Assembly: GCA_963732385.1 (NCBI GenBank)
Contig: CAVSZB010000007.1
Location: 672,001-736,000 of the forward strand
Reading direction: 5' to 3'
Source: an uncultured bacterium
Lineage (GTDB): Bacteria; Krumholzibacteriota; Krumholzibacteriia; LZORAL124-64-63
Length of the DNA: 64,000 nt
A program made the translations under genes and the position numbers. Of the stretch, positions 50,766-60,813 are shown in pieces (position 1 is the stretch's first letter; every line of letters starts with the position of its first letter). The notes beneath the pieces are model-generated. The model had not been told where the DNA came from. It searched no databases and saw only the letters and a list, made by a program, of their open reading frames with translations.

Positions 50766-51742
50766 CGGGATCCCCCGCCGTCGAGACGCACGCGCGGATC
50801 GACCATTCCGTACGCGAGGTCGGCCAGCAGATTGCCCAGCACCACGAGCACGGCGGCCAGCGCGCTCGTGGCCATGATCACCGGATAGTCACGGGCGAAG
50901 ATCGCCTCCACCGTGACCCGCCCCATGCCGGGCCAGGCGAAGACCACCTCGGTCACAACCGCCCCCCCGAGCAGGAACGGCACGCTCAGGCCGGCCAGGG
51001 TGACCACCGGCAGCAGGCCGTTGCGCAGCACGTGGCGCCCCATCACCAGCCGCTCCGGCAAGCCGCGCGCGCGCGCCGCCAGCACATAGTCCTGCGCCAT
51101 CACCTCGGCCAGGCCGTTGCGCAGGTAGCGGGCGGTGCCCATCGCCGAGGCGACGCCCAGCAGCGTTACCGGCAGGATCAGGTGGCGCGCCAGGTCGAGC
51201 GCGCGCGCCGGCCACGGCCAGAATGCGGCGTCGCTCGAGAGCATGCCGCTGGCCGGCAACCAGCCGAGCAGACGGCAGAAGACGAGCACCAGCATCTGTC
51301 CGAGCCAGAAGCCCGGCATCGCGTACAGCGCCAGGCCGACCACGCTGGCCGCCCGTTCCCACGGCCGGCCGCGGTGCCGCGCCATCAGGACCCCCAGCGA
51401 GACGGCCACCGCCAGATGCACCAGATAGGAGGTCAGCGTGAGCAGCAGCGTCGGCGGCACCGCCTCGGCCAAAATCTCGCCGACCGGCCGGTGCTGGCGC
51501 AGGCTGCGGCCGAAGTCCCCCCGGGCGACCCCGCCGAGCCACTGCAGGTACTGCGCCGGGAGCGAACGGTCGAGCCCGAGCGCGTGGCGCATCTGCGCGC
51601 GCTCCGCCGCGCCGAGCTCGGGGTCGGCAAAGCGGTCGAGCGGATCACCGGGGGCCGCGCGCACCACGAAGAAGACCACCGTCAACAGCGCCAGCACGAG
51701 GGCAGTCGCGGTGGCCAGGCGGCGCAGCAGGTACGGCAGCAT
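50762..51742 (-). CDS. oppB: Peptide ABC transporter permease (OppB/DppB-like)
   Basis: YLLRRL, PGDP, GDFGRS, DYVLAARARGL, EVVFAWPGMG, RDYP. Confidence 0.9.
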   Translation of the reverse strand: MLPYLLRRLATATALVLALLTVVFFVVRAAPGDPLDRFADPELGAAERAQMRHALGLDRSLPAQYLQWLGGVARGDFGRSLRQHRPVGEILAEAVPPTLLLTLTSYLVHLAVAVSLGVLMARHRGRPWERAASVVGLALYAMPGFWLGQMLVLVFCRLLGWLPASGMLSSDAAFWPWPARALDLARHLILPVTLLGVASAMGTARYLRNGLAEVMAQDYVLAARARGLPERLVMGRHVLRNGLLPVVTLAGLSVPFLLGGAVVTEVVFAWPGMGRVTVEAIFARDYPVIMATSALAAVLVVLGNLLADLAYGMVDPRVRLDGGGSR

Positions 51743-52045
51743 CGGTCTCGCTTCCGTTGGGAACGACCCGCCCACGAACGGTGACCGCTGATACTAGGGA
51801 GAGCACTGCCGGCCGGTCAAGACAACCCCGCCCGGAGTTGCATGCATCGCGCAACGTACCGCCCCCTTTCCCGTCGGATATCGCCCGTCCCGGTCCCTTC
51901 CCCCGGCGGCTCGCCGGGGTTCATGATTCCTCATCGTATCCTGCCGCGCCTTCTGCTGCCGCGCGGCCGCCAGGTACGCCCCTTTCATCCCTTCCGGCCG
52001 GCGACGCATGCTCCGTCACCCACCAAACCGGATCCGGGAGAGCCC

Positions 52046-54094
52046 ATGCCGTCCATCGCCCCCTCGCCGCGCCGCCTCGTCACCGGCCTCGTGCTCGTCG
52101 CCGGGCTGGGCGGCGGCGCCGGATGTGAAATCGCGAAGCCGGAACTGCCGCGATTCACCACGACCCTCACCATGCCGCTCGGCAGCCAGCGCGTCACCGT
52201 CGCCGAGATCGCCGCCGAAGAGTCGTTCCTCGCCGTGGGCGCGGACTCGCTGCTCTCCCTCACCATCTCCGGCGGCAGCGACACGCTGAGCGTGGCGGCC
52301 GAGCTCTATGCCGACCTGCCGGCGACGACGATTGCCGCCACTCTGGGCGACTTCGCCCCCGCCGGCGACGCCCCGGTCGGCTTCGATTTCGCCCTGCGCA
52401 CGATCTTTCCCGCCGCGACGTCCCTCGACGGCGCGACCGTCGCGGTGCCGCCGTTCACGTTCGACCTGGACGGCGCCCCGGCCGACCTGCCCGACATCAT
52501 CGCCGCGCGGGTGTCTTCCGGACGCCTCGAGGTGACCGTGGTCAACGGCCTGCCGGTTCCGGTGTCCGGCGCCGCTGCGCCCGTGCGGGTGGCGGCGGCG
52601 CTGATCGATCCCGCCACCGGCGTTACGCTGACCACCGTCCTGTTCCCGGCGCCGATCGCGGCCGGCGCCACCGCGACCGCAACGGCTGATCTCGCCGGGA
52701 TCACCCTGCCCGACAGCGTCGGCGTGCGGCTGACCGGCGGCTCTTCCGGCGCGGCCACACCGGTCACGATCGACGCCGACGCGCGGCTGCGCCTGTCGGC
52801 CAGCCTGCGCGACCTGCGCGTGGCCGAGGCGACCGCGCTCGTCGGGGCCCAGGCGTTCACCGCCGTCGCCACCCTGGCGCTGCCGGACAGCGTGCGGGTG
52901 GTCGCCGCGGAAATCTCCGAGGGTATGCTGACGCTGACCGTGGAGAACGACCTGGCGATCCCCTGCGTGGCCAGCCTCACCTTCCCCGAGGTGAAGGGAC
53001 CGGACGGGCGGACGCTCACCACGAGCCTCTCCCTGCCGGCGCGTGGCAGTGGCGCCCGCGCGCTCGACCTGGCAGGGGCGAGCCTGGCCGCGCCCGACGC
53101 CGTGCCGCTGGCCGCCCTGCGCCTCGAGGCGCTGGTCACCTCGCCCGGCGGCGGCGACCTGCCGGTCACCCTGACGGCCGACGACGCCCTGCGCGCCTCC
53201 GTGGCGCCGGCGCGGCTGCGGTTCGGCGCGGTCACCGGGGTCATCCCCGAGCGACAATTCGCCATCGCTCCGATCACCGCGAGCCTCGATCTGCCCGCTG
53301 AATTGCGCGGCGTGTCGCTGACCAGCGCCGCCCTGACGCTCGTCGTGGAAAGTTCGATCGACCTGCCGGCGCGCATCTCCGCCACACTGACCGGCCGTTC
53401 AGTCGACGGCGCAGTGGCCACGGTCGAGGTGCTGCGCGACCTCCCCGCCATCTCGCAGCCGGACCCGCTAGGCGGCGAGATCGTGCTCGACGAGGGCAAC
53501 AGCACCATCGTCGACTTCCTCAACAACCTGCCGACCGAGATCACCCTGACCGGCGTGGTGACGGTCGGAGGCGACGGCATCATCGGCACCGTGCGCCCCG
53601 GCGACCGCGCCGTGATCGGCTGGCGGCTCGACGCCCCGCTGCGAGTGATCGTGCTCGGCTCGGTCGTGCGCGGCGACCCGCAGCCGCTCGGGCTCGACGC
53701 CGACGCCCGCGATCGTCTGGCGGGCCATCTGGGCGCGGTACGCGTCGTGACCGACATCGTCAACCACCTGCCGCTCGGCGTGGAGATCCGGATCCTGGTC
53801 GGCGAGGATCCCGCCACCCTGGCCGACGCGCCGCTGCTGGTGGTCGGCCCGCTCACGGCGTCGGCGGGACAACTCGATCCCTACCTGCTCACCGTCCGCG
53901 ACGCCACCCTGACCCGCGGCGAAGTTTCGCTCACCGCCGCGCAGGCGGAGCTCCTCACGCGCGCCGGCCTGCAGATCATCGTGGAAGTGACGGTGCCCGG
54001 ATCGAACGGCCAGGCGGTGGCGCTGCGGGCATCGGACTGGCTGACCGTGACCGGATGCGTGCAAATCGAGCTGGAGGTGTCGGACGATGAGTAG
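52046..54094 (+). CDS. Large hypothetical lipoprotein with repeated beta-rich domains
   Basis: Lipobox-like GAGC after a hydrophobic stretch; Thr/Val/Leu-rich strands; four repeated motifs. Confidence 0.75.
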   Translation: MPSIAPSPRRLVTGLVLVAGLGGGAGCEIAKPELPRFTTTLTMPLGSQRVTVAEIAAEESFLAVGADSLLSLTISGGSDTLSVAAELYADLPATTIAATLGDFAPAGDAPVGFDFALRTIFPAATSLDGATVAVPPFTFDLDGAPADLPDIIAARVSSGRLEVTVVNGLPVPVSGAAAPVRVAAALIDPATGVTLTTVLFPAPIAAGATATATADLAGITLPDSVGVRLTGGSSGAATPVTIDADARLRLSASLRDLRVAEATALVGAQAFTAVATLALPDSVRVVAAEISEGMLTLTVENDLAIPCVASLTFPEVKGPDGRTLTTSLSLPARGSGARALDLAGASLAAPDAVPLAALRLEALVTSPGGGDLPVTLTADDALRASVAPARLRFGAVTGVIPERQFAIAPITASLDLPAELRGVSLTSAALTLVVESSIDLPARISATLTGRSVDGAVATVEVLRDLPAISQPDPLGGEIVLDEGNSTIVDFLNNLPTEITLTGVVTVGGDGIIGTVRPGDRAVIGWRLDAPLRVIVLGSVVRGDPQPLGLDADARDRLAGHLGAVRVVTDIVNHLPLGVEIRILVGEDPATLADAPLLVVGPLTASAGQLDPYLLTVRDATLTRGEVSLTAAQAELLTRAGLQIIVEVTVPGSNGQAVALRASDWLTVTGCVQIELEVSDDE

Positions 54095-55364
54095 GCGTCA
54101 CGAGCAGACCGGAGGCTCGCGGCCGGTCGCCACGCTCGCTCTGCTGGCGGTGATCTGGCTGACGCCCGCGACCGGCACCGTCGCGTTCGCGCAGGGCAGC
54201 GCCCGCGCCTGGGGCATGGGAGGCGCCGCCACCGCCACCGCCCGCGGTCTCGACGCCGTGGACTGGAACCCCGCCAACCTGGCGCTGGCGCGCCCCGGCT
54301 TCAGCCTCGGGCTGGCCTCGCTCGCCGCCGACCTGCACAACAACGCCTTCACGCTGGCGCGTTACAACGAGATCAGCGGCGCCACGCTCACCACAGCCGA
54401 CAAACAGCGGCTCCTGCAGGACATCCCGGCCGACGGTTTCGCCGTGCAGGCCGAGGTGCGCGCCGCCGCCGGAGGCCTCGGTCTGGGCAACGCGGCGCTC
54501 ACCTTCGCGGTCCTCGGCGGCGGCAGCGGTCGTGTCGCGAAAGACTTCTTCGACCTTGTCCTGATGGGCAACCCGATCGATCGCGCCTTCACCTTCGACG
54601 GCACCGGCGGCGAGGGCTACGCCATCGGCGCGGCCACCCTGTCGGCCGGCGTGCCGCTGTCGACCGGGTTTCGCACGCGCCTGTGCGCGGGGGCGAACCT
54701 GCGCTACCTGCGCGGCCTCTACGAGCTGCACTTCGAGGAGGCGACCGGCAGCCTGGTCACGACCATCGACGGCATCGCCGGCGACGCCCGCGCCAGCTAC
54801 GTCACCGCCAGCGACGGCGTCGGCTGGGCGGTGGACCTCGGTCTGACCCTGCAGGCGCCGCGCGGCTGGACGCTCGGCCTCGCCTGCGACAACGTCCGCA
54901 GCGTCATGGACTGGGACGGCGATCCGGAGCGCCGCACCTGGACCGCCCACGCCGACTCGCTCAACGCCTCGCAGGAGGATCTCGACGCGCTCGTCGACGA
55001 CAGTGACACCACCGTCGCCGTGGCCCCCTACCGCACCACCCTGCCGCGCCGGCTGCGACTCGGCGCGAGCAACCGGTGCGGACCGCTGCTGGTGGCGTTC
55101 GACGTGGCGCAGGGACTCGAGGACCGCGCCGGCACCACGACCCGCACCGAATTCCGGACCGGCGTCGAATGGCGACCCTGCGGCTGGCTGCTGCCGCGCG
55201 CCGGCGCCGCGCTCGGCGGCGAGGCGCGACGTGGCGCGTCGGCCGGGCTCGGACTGCGGGTGGGGCCGTGGCGGCTGGACGTGGCGGCCGTCAACCGGGG
55301 CCGCTTCTGGCCCAGCGATACGAAAGGGTTGGGAGTCGCAGCGCAGACCCGCCTGGAGTTCTGA
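54087..55364 (+). CDS. FadL/TraF/DUF5723-like outer-membrane barrel
   Basis: Signal peptide; SARAWGMGGA...WNPANL; LPRRLRLGA; terminal RLEF; overlaps upstream stop by 8 nt. Confidence 0.75.
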   Translation: MSRRHEQTGGSRPVATLALLAVIWLTPATGTVAFAQGSARAWGMGGAATATARGLDAVDWNPANLALARPGFSLGLASLAADLHNNAFTLARYNEISGATLTTADKQRLLQDIPADGFAVQAEVRAAAGGLGLGNAALTFAVLGGGSGRVAKDFFDLVLMGNPIDRAFTFDGTGGEGYAIGAATLSAGVPLSTGFRTRLCAGANLRYLRGLYELHFEEATGSLVTTIDGIAGDARASYVTASDGVGWAVDLGLTLQAPRGWTLGLACDNVRSVMDWDGDPERRTWTAHADSLNASQEDLDALVDDSDTTVAVAPYRTTLPRRLRLGASNRCGPLLVAFDVAQGLEDRAGTTTRTEFRTGVEWRPCGWLLPRAGAALGGEARRGASAGLGLRVGPWRLDVAAVNRGRFWPSDTKGLGVAAQTRLEF

Positions 55365-55433
55365 CCCGCGCCCGGTCGGCAGCGCGTCGCGCCGCCGCGC
55401 CGACGCGACGGCCCGCGCACGACCGGCCCGGTC

Positions 55434-56198
55434 TCAGTCGGCGTCCGGCAGCGTGGGCGACGACTCCCAGACCGGCGCCAACGCGAGGGCCGCGCAGAAG
55501 GCGGCGGCGAGCCGGCGCCCCAGCGCCGCCAGCTCCGGTTCCGGCAGCGGACGTCCGAGCAGCGCCCCGAGATCGGTCGTGGCCGCGCGCACCCCGGCCG
55601 CGGTTTGTCCGCCACGGCGCGCCGGCGCCAGCAGATCCACCAGTTCGGCATGCCGGGGGCCGGCCAGGATCGAACCGTGCTGCAGGAACGCCGTTTCGCC
55701 GCGGCGCTGCGCCGAGCCGGCCAGTTTGCGGCCGTCTACCGTCAACTCGTGCTCGCCGGCGGACTGGAAGCAGACCGGGCCGCGCGCCTGCGCGCGCGTC
55801 TCCCCCCCGGAGACGTCCGGACTCAGCCCGAGTTCGCGCAGGAAGCGCAGCAGCGCCGAGTTGATCACGGTGTAGGTCTCGTGCAGCGTGCTCCCGAACA
55901 GCGGGCAGGGGCAGTCGCCGACCACCGCGTAGGTCAGCTCCTCGGCGTGCAGGATCGCGCGCCCGCCGGTCGGCCGGCGCGTCAGACCGAAGCCGCGCGC
56001 CGCGATGGCCGCGGCGTCGAAATCCGCTGCGCTCTGGTGGAAGCCGAACGACACCGCCGGGGGGTCCCAGCGGTAGAGCCGCAGCACCGGCGGTTCCCCC
56101 GCCCGGTGCGCGGCGAGCAGCGCGGCGTCGCGCCGCATGTTGACGGCCCCCGCGAGGGGGCCGTCGTCGAAGATGCGCAGGCAGGTCGGGCGGACCAT
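55434..56198 (-). CDS. lipM: Octanoyltransferase LipM / lipoate-protein ligase family
   Basis: NMRRD, LRLYRW, RRPTGGRAILH, PVCF, RKLAGSAQ, LQHGSI; coupled to gcvPB. Confidence 0.8.
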   Translation of the reverse strand: MVRPTCLRIFDDGPLAGAVNMRRDAALLAAHRAGEPPVLRLYRWDPPAVSFGFHQSAADFDAAAIAARGFGLTRRPTGGRAILHAEELTYAVVGDCPCPLFGSTLHETYTVINSALLRFLRELGLSPDVSGGETRAQARGPVCFQSAGEHELTVDGRKLAGSAQRRGETAFLQHGSILAGPRHAELVDLLAPARRGGQTAAGVRAATTDLGALLGRPLPEPELAALGRRLAAAFCAALALAPVWESSPTLPDAD

Positions 56199-57712
56199 CA
56201 CCCGCAGTCGCACGGACCGAGGTACGCCAGGTCGGGCTGACGCGCCGCGCGCGCCTCGTCGAGCCGGCTGACCGGCGTCGTGTGGGGCGCGGCGTGCAGC
56301 AGGTCGGGGTCGGTCTGCGCCTCGTGCAGGATCCGCCGGAGCGCCGCCACGAAGGCATCGAGGCTCTCCTTCGGCTCCGACTCCGTCGGCTCGATCATCA
56401 GCGCCTCGTCGACGATCTGCGGGAAGTAGACCGTCGGCGCGTGCACGCCGAAGTCGAGCAGCCGCTTCGCCACGTCGAGGGCGCGGATGCCGTACTTCTC
56501 CTTCCACTCCGTCGCCGAGGCGACGAACTCGTGCAACGTCCCCTCGCCGTGCGGCACCGGCAGCACGTCGCGCACGCAGGCGCGCACATAGTTGGCGTTG
56601 AGCACCGCCAACTCGGCGACCCGCGTCAGCCCGTCGCCGCCGTTGACCAGGATGTAGGTGAGCGCGCGCAGACAGATGCCGACATTGCCGAAATAGGAAT
56701 GCACCGACGGCGTGCAGACCGCGACCGGCGCCACCAGGCGCCAGACACCGTCGCGCCTGGCGACCAGCGGACCGGGCAGAAACGGCGCCAGTTCCGCCGT
56801 GACGCAGATCGGCCCGGCGCCGGGACCGCCACCGCCGTGCGGGGTGGAGAACGTCTTGTGCAGATTGATGTGCACCACGTCGAAACCCATGTCGGCGGGG
56901 CGCGCCTTGCCCAGGATGGCGTTGAAATTGGCGCCGTCCATGTAGAGACGCCCGCCGGCGGCGTGCACGACCCGCGCGATCTCGGCGATGTCCGTCTCGA
57001 ACAGCCCGAGCGTGTTCGGATTCGTGATCATGATGCCGGCGGTGCGCGGGCCGACGGCGCCGCGCAGCGCCTCGAGGTCCACGCAACCGTCCGCCCGGGA
57101 GGCGATCGTGACCGGCTTCAGGCCGACCATCGTCACCGAGGCCGGATTGGTGCCATGCGCGGAGTCGGGGATCAGGATCTCCACGCGGTCGCGGTCGCCC
57201 CGCTCGAGATGGAAGGCGCGGATCACCTGCATGCCGAGAAACTCACCGTGCGCGCCAGCGGCCGGATGGAGGCTGCAGGCGGCGAACCCGGTGAGACGGC
57301 ACAGGAAGTCCTCCAGCATGCCCAGCGCCTCGAGCAGACCCTGCGCGTCGGCGTCGTCCTGCTCCGGGTGCAGCGAGGCGAAGCCGGGCAGCGCGGCGAT
57401 CTCCTCGTTCAGACGCGGGTTGTACTTCATCGTGCAGCTGCCAAGCGGGTACATGCCGCGCTCGATGTTGTGGTTGAGCAGGGAAAGGCGGGTGAAGTGC
57501 CGCATCACTTCCGGCTCGGAGAGCGACGGCAGATCGCACGGCGCGGCGCGGCGCGCCGCGGTCGGCAGGGCGACGTCGACCGACGCTCCGTCCCACGGCG
57601 GCATCCGCAGCGCACGCCGGCCCGGGCGCCCCTTCGTGAAGAGCGAGTCCACGAGCCCCCCGCCCCAGGCCACTGTCGCCACGTCCCCGATCGTCCCGTG
57701 CCCCTGTTCCAT
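56198..57712 (-). CDS. gcvPB: Glycine dehydrogenase subunit 2
   Basis: YPLGSCTMKYNP, SAHGTNPAS, NLHKTFSTPHGGGGPG. Confidence 0.96.
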   Translation of the reverse strand: MEQGHGTIGDVATVAWGGGLVDSLFTKGRPGRRALRMPPWDGASVDVALPTAARRAAPCDLPSLSEPEVMRHFTRLSLLNHNIERGMYPLGSCTMKYNPRLNEEIAALPGFASLHPEQDDADAQGLLEALGMLEDFLCRLTGFAACSLHPAAGAHGEFLGMQVIRAFHLERGDRDRVEILIPDSAHGTNPASVTMVGLKPVTIASRADGCVDLEALRGAVGPRTAGIMITNPNTLGLFETDIAEIARVVHAAGGRLYMDGANFNAILGKARPADMGFDVVHINLHKTFSTPHGGGGPGAGPICVTAELAPFLPGPLVARRDGVWRLVAPVAVCTPSVHSYFGNVGICLRALTYILVNGGDGLTRVAELAVLNANYVRACVRDVLPVPHGEGTLHEFVASATEWKEKYGIRALDVAKRLLDFGVHAPTVYFPQIVDEALMIEPTESEPKESLDAFVAALRRILHEAQTDPDLLHAAPHTTPVSRLDEARAARQPDLAYLGPCDCG

Positions 57713-57732
57713 CCCCGCTCGTCCTTTCGGCC

Positions 57733-59079
57733 TCAGGCGGCCAGCCAAGCGCGCAGCGTTTGCGCGAAGAGCTCGATGTCCGCGGCGGTCCGCTTCTCCG
57801 TCACCGCCACCAGCAGGTCCCCCTCGCCGCAGCCGGCGAAGCCGGTCAGCGGGATGCCGGCCAGCAGCCCCCGCTCCCGCGCGAACGCGCGGAAGGCGCG
57901 CGCCGGTTTCGGCAGCCGCACGACGAATTCGTTGAACACCGGCCCCGGAAACGGCAGCTTCACGCCCGGCACCCCGCGCACGGCGTCCCGCAGCGCCGCG
58001 GCCCGCACGCGGTTCGCCTCGCCCAGTTCCCGCAGACCCGCGGCGCCCAGCAGCGCCAGGTAGACCGTCGCGCGCAGAGCCATCAGGCCCTGGTTCGAGC
58101 AGATGTTCGAAGTCGCCTTCTCGCGACGGATGTGCTGTTCGCGGGTCTGCAGGGTCAGCACGTAGGCCGGCCGCTGGTGATGATCCACCGTGCGTCCGAC
58201 CACGCGACCGGGCAGCAGCCGCTTCAACTCGTCCGCGCAGGCGAGGAAACCGAGCAGCGGTCCGCCGAAGGAGCAAGGCAGGCCGAACGGCTGCGCCTCG
58301 CCCACCGCGATGTGCGCCCCATACTCGCCGGGCGCCTTCAGCAGTGAAAGCGAGACCGGATTCACGCTCGCCACCACGCAGGCGCCGCCCGCGGCGGCGG
58401 CCAGCCCGGCAACCGGCTCGATCAGACCGAGGTGGTTGGGATTCTGGATGACGACCGCCCCGATATCGCCGGCCGCCGTCAAAGTGCGCAGCGCCTCGGG
58501 GTCGGTCAGGCCGTCGGCGCCACGCGGCGCCTCGACGATCGTGACGTCCTCGCCCGCGAGCGTCGTGGCCATTACGCGACGGTAACGCGGATTGAGGGTC
58601 GCCGGCACGACGACCCGCGGCCGCCGCCGCCAGGCCACGCCCATCCGCACCGCTTCAGTGAGCGCGGTGGCGCCGTCGTACATGCTGGCGTTGCTGACCG
58701 GCAGGCCGGTGAGCCGGCAGACGTAGGTCTGCCACTCGTAGATGACCTGCAGCGTGCCCTGCGACACCTCCGCCTGGTACGGCGTGTAGGCGGTCATGAA
58801 CTCGCTGCGCGAGGAGATGGCGCTGATGGCCGCGGGAATAATGCTGTCGTAGACGCCGCCACCAAGGAAGGAGACGAGATCCTCCTGACCGCGGTTCGCC
58901 GCGGCCAGCCGCTTCATGACGCGGCGGACCTCCTCCTCCGTGCGGCCCGGCGGCAGATCGAGTCCGCCCTCGAGACGCACGTTCGCCGGTATGGCCTTGA
59001 ACAGCTCGGCCACGGAGGAGACACCGATGCGTCCCAGCATGGCGGCGATATCCGCCGCGGTGTGCGGGGTATACGGCAT
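57733..59079 (-). CDS. gcvPA: Glycine dehydrogenase subunit 1
   Basis: TAYTPYQAEVSQG, NASMYDGATA, LQTREQHIRREKATSNICSNQ. Confidence 0.96.
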   Translation of the reverse strand: MPYTPHTAADIAAMLGRIGVSSVAELFKAIPANVRLEGGLDLPPGRTEEEVRRVMKRLAAANRGQEDLVSFLGGGVYDSIIPAAISAISSRSEFMTAYTPYQAEVSQGTLQVIYEWQTYVCRLTGLPVSNASMYDGATALTEAVRMGVAWRRRPRVVVPATLNPRYRRVMATTLAGEDVTIVEAPRGADGLTDPEALRTLTAAGDIGAVVIQNPNHLGLIEPVAGLAAAAGGACVVASVNPVSLSLLKAPGEYGAHIAVGEAQPFGLPCSFGGPLLGFLACADELKRLLPGRVVGRTVDHHQRPAYVLTLQTREQHIRREKATSNICSNQGLMALRATVYLALLGAAGLRELGEANRVRAAALRDAVRGVPGVKLPFPGPVFNEFVVRLPKPARAFRAFARERGLLAGIPLTGFAGCGEGDLLVAVTEKRTAADIELFAQTLRAWLAA

Positions 59080-59086
59080 GTCGGAC

Positions 59087-59464
59087 TCAGCCTCCCAGCA
59101 GCGTCTCGTACTCCGCCGCGGACAGCAGGTCGTCCAGTTCGCTCCGTCCGGCCAGACGCACCTTCATCAGCCAGCCGGCCTCGAGCGGATCGTTGTTGAC
59201 GAGTTCCGGCGTTTCGACCACGGCTTCGTTGACCTCCAGCACTTCGCCCGACACCGGCGAGTAGAGATCCTCCACCGCCTTGACGGTCTCGATGGTGCCG
59301 ATCGGCTCGCCGTGGCTGATCTCGCTGCCCGGCTCCGGCAGGTCGAGGAACACGACGTCCCCCAACTCGGCCGCGGCATATTCCGTCACGCCCACCGTCG
59401 CGACATCGCCCTCCACCATGACCCACTCGTGGCTCTTGGTGTACTTCCGGTCATCCGCAACCAT
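59087..59464 (-). CDS. gcvH: Glycine cleavage system H protein
   Basis: YTKSHEW, LGDVVF, IETVKAV (lipoyl Lys), PELVNNDP. Confidence 0.97.
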   Translation of the reverse strand: MVADDRKYTKSHEWVMVEGDVATVGVTEYAAAELGDVVFLDLPEPGSEISHGEPIGTIETVKAVEDLYSPVSGEVLEVNEAVVETPELVNNDPLEAGWLMKVRLAGRSELDDLLSAAEYETLLGG

Positions 59465-59490
59465 GCGTCAGGCCTCCTGTCCGGGATCAG

Positions 59491-60642
59491 TCAAGAGCGG
59501 GCGGCCCGCGGGTCCCCTTTGACCCTGGCCGCCAGGAATGGATACGGGGTCGACGTGAGCGGGAAACGTTTCCCGCGCACGTCCACTTCGAGCGGACCGC
59601 CGACGGCGGCAGTGTCCACCAGAGCCAGCGCCAGCGCGCGCTGGAGGGTCGGGCTGAAGGTGCCGCTGGTGACGGCGCCCACCGGACGCCCTCCGCCCAG
59701 CACCGTCGCCCCCTGCCGCGCGATCGCCCGCCCGGCGATCGACACGCCGACCAGCCGCCGCGTCACGCCGGCATCCCGCTGCCGGATCAGCGCCTCGCGG
59801 CCGACGAACGCCGGCTTGTCCAGCTTCACGGCCCACCCGATGCCGGCCTCGAGCGGTGTGACATCCTCGCCCAGTTCGTGTCCGTAGAGGCAATAGGCCA
59901 TTTCGAAACGCAGCGTGTCGCGCGCGGCCAGTCCGATCGGTGCCACTCCGAGGTCGCGCCCGAAATGGAGCAGTTCCTCCCACAGCGCCAGCGCGTCGCC
60001 ATTGGGCACGTAGATCTCGTAGCCGCGCTCGCCGGTGTAGCCGGTGCGCGAGACGACCCACGTCGATCCGCCGAGCTTCAGTTCGACGGCGGTGTAGAAT
60101 TCGAGCGCCTCCACGGCGGCGCGGTGCGGCTGCAGCGCCGTGATCCGGGCGGTCAGATCCCAGGCCGCCGGGCCCTGCACGGCGATCAGAGCGGTGCGTT
60201 CGCTGGCGTCATCGAGCGTCACGCCGGCGACGCCACGCCCGCGCTCGGTCAGCCAGGCCGCGATCTTGTCATGGTTGGAGGCGTTGCAGACGACCAGCCA
60301 GCGCGCGGGGGCGAGGCGGTAGATCAGCATGTCGTCGAGCACGCCGCCGTCGTCCCGGCACATCGCGTTGTAGACGACCTTGCCGACCGGGATGCCGGCC
60401 ACGCGGTTGGTGACCAGGCCGTCGAGCCACGTCTCGGCTCCGGGACCGTCCACGTGGATCTCACCCATGTGCGTGATGTCGAACAGCCCCACCCGCTCCC
60501 GCACCGCGGCGTGCTCCGCCAGGACCCCTTCGTACTGGACCGGCATGGCGTAGCCGGCGAACGGCACCATTTTGCCACCGTGTGCAACATGCCAGTCGGT
60601 GAGAGGCGTACGCTTGAGATCGGCAGGAAGATCGGCAGCCAC
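59491..60642 (-). CDS. gcvT: Glycine cleavage aminomethyltransferase
   Basis: RTPL, FAGYAMP, FDITHMG, RTGYTGERGYE, ARDTLRFE. Confidence 0.96.
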   Translation of the reverse strand: MAADLPADLKRTPLTDWHVAHGGKMVPFAGYAMPVQYEGVLAEHAAVRERVGLFDITHMGEIHVDGPGAETWLDGLVTNRVAGIPVGKVVYNAMCRDDGGVLDDMLIYRLAPARWLVVCNASNHDKIAAWLTERGRGVAGVTLDDASERTALIAVQGPAAWDLTARITALQPHRAAVEALEFYTAVELKLGGSTWVVSRTGYTGERGYEIYVPNGDALALWEELLHFGRDLGVAPIGLAARDTLRFEMAYCLYGHELGEDVTPLEAGIGWAVKLDKPAFVGREALIRQRDAGVTRRLVGVSIAGRAIARQGATVLGGGRPVGAVTSGTFSPTLQRALALALVDTAAVGGPLEVDVRGKRFPLTSTPYPFLAARVKGDPRAARS

Positions 60643-60730
60643 GGCGGGGCTCCTTTCGCACGGGAAGCCGGGCGCAGTCCGTCACATCCGCGGCGGCGAG
60701 CGCCGGCCTGGCAACTGTCCGGCGCGCCCC

Positions 60731-60759
60731 AATCTAAGCGGGAGCCCCACAGGAGCCAA
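60731..60759 (-). promoter_or_regulatory. Putative sigma70 promoter for the gcv operon
   Basis: TTGGCT-N17-TAGATT. Confidence 0.5.
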
Positions 60760-60813
60760 GGCGATTCTCGCCGCGGAGCCGAGGCATCGCGGCCGCCGCC
60801 GGTCGGCGCCGCC

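Noticed and set aside
47742..50888. Very long plus-strand ORFs (e.g. 1048 aa here, 907 aa at 45460, 756 aa at 13702)
   Set aside because: Antisense shadows of clear minus-strand genes. They are Arg/Pro/Ala-rich with no motifs, as expected in high-GC DNA.
60643..60813. Glycine riboswitch upstream of gcvT
   Set aside because: Aptamer core motifs were not found, and a promoter-like element leaves too short a leader.
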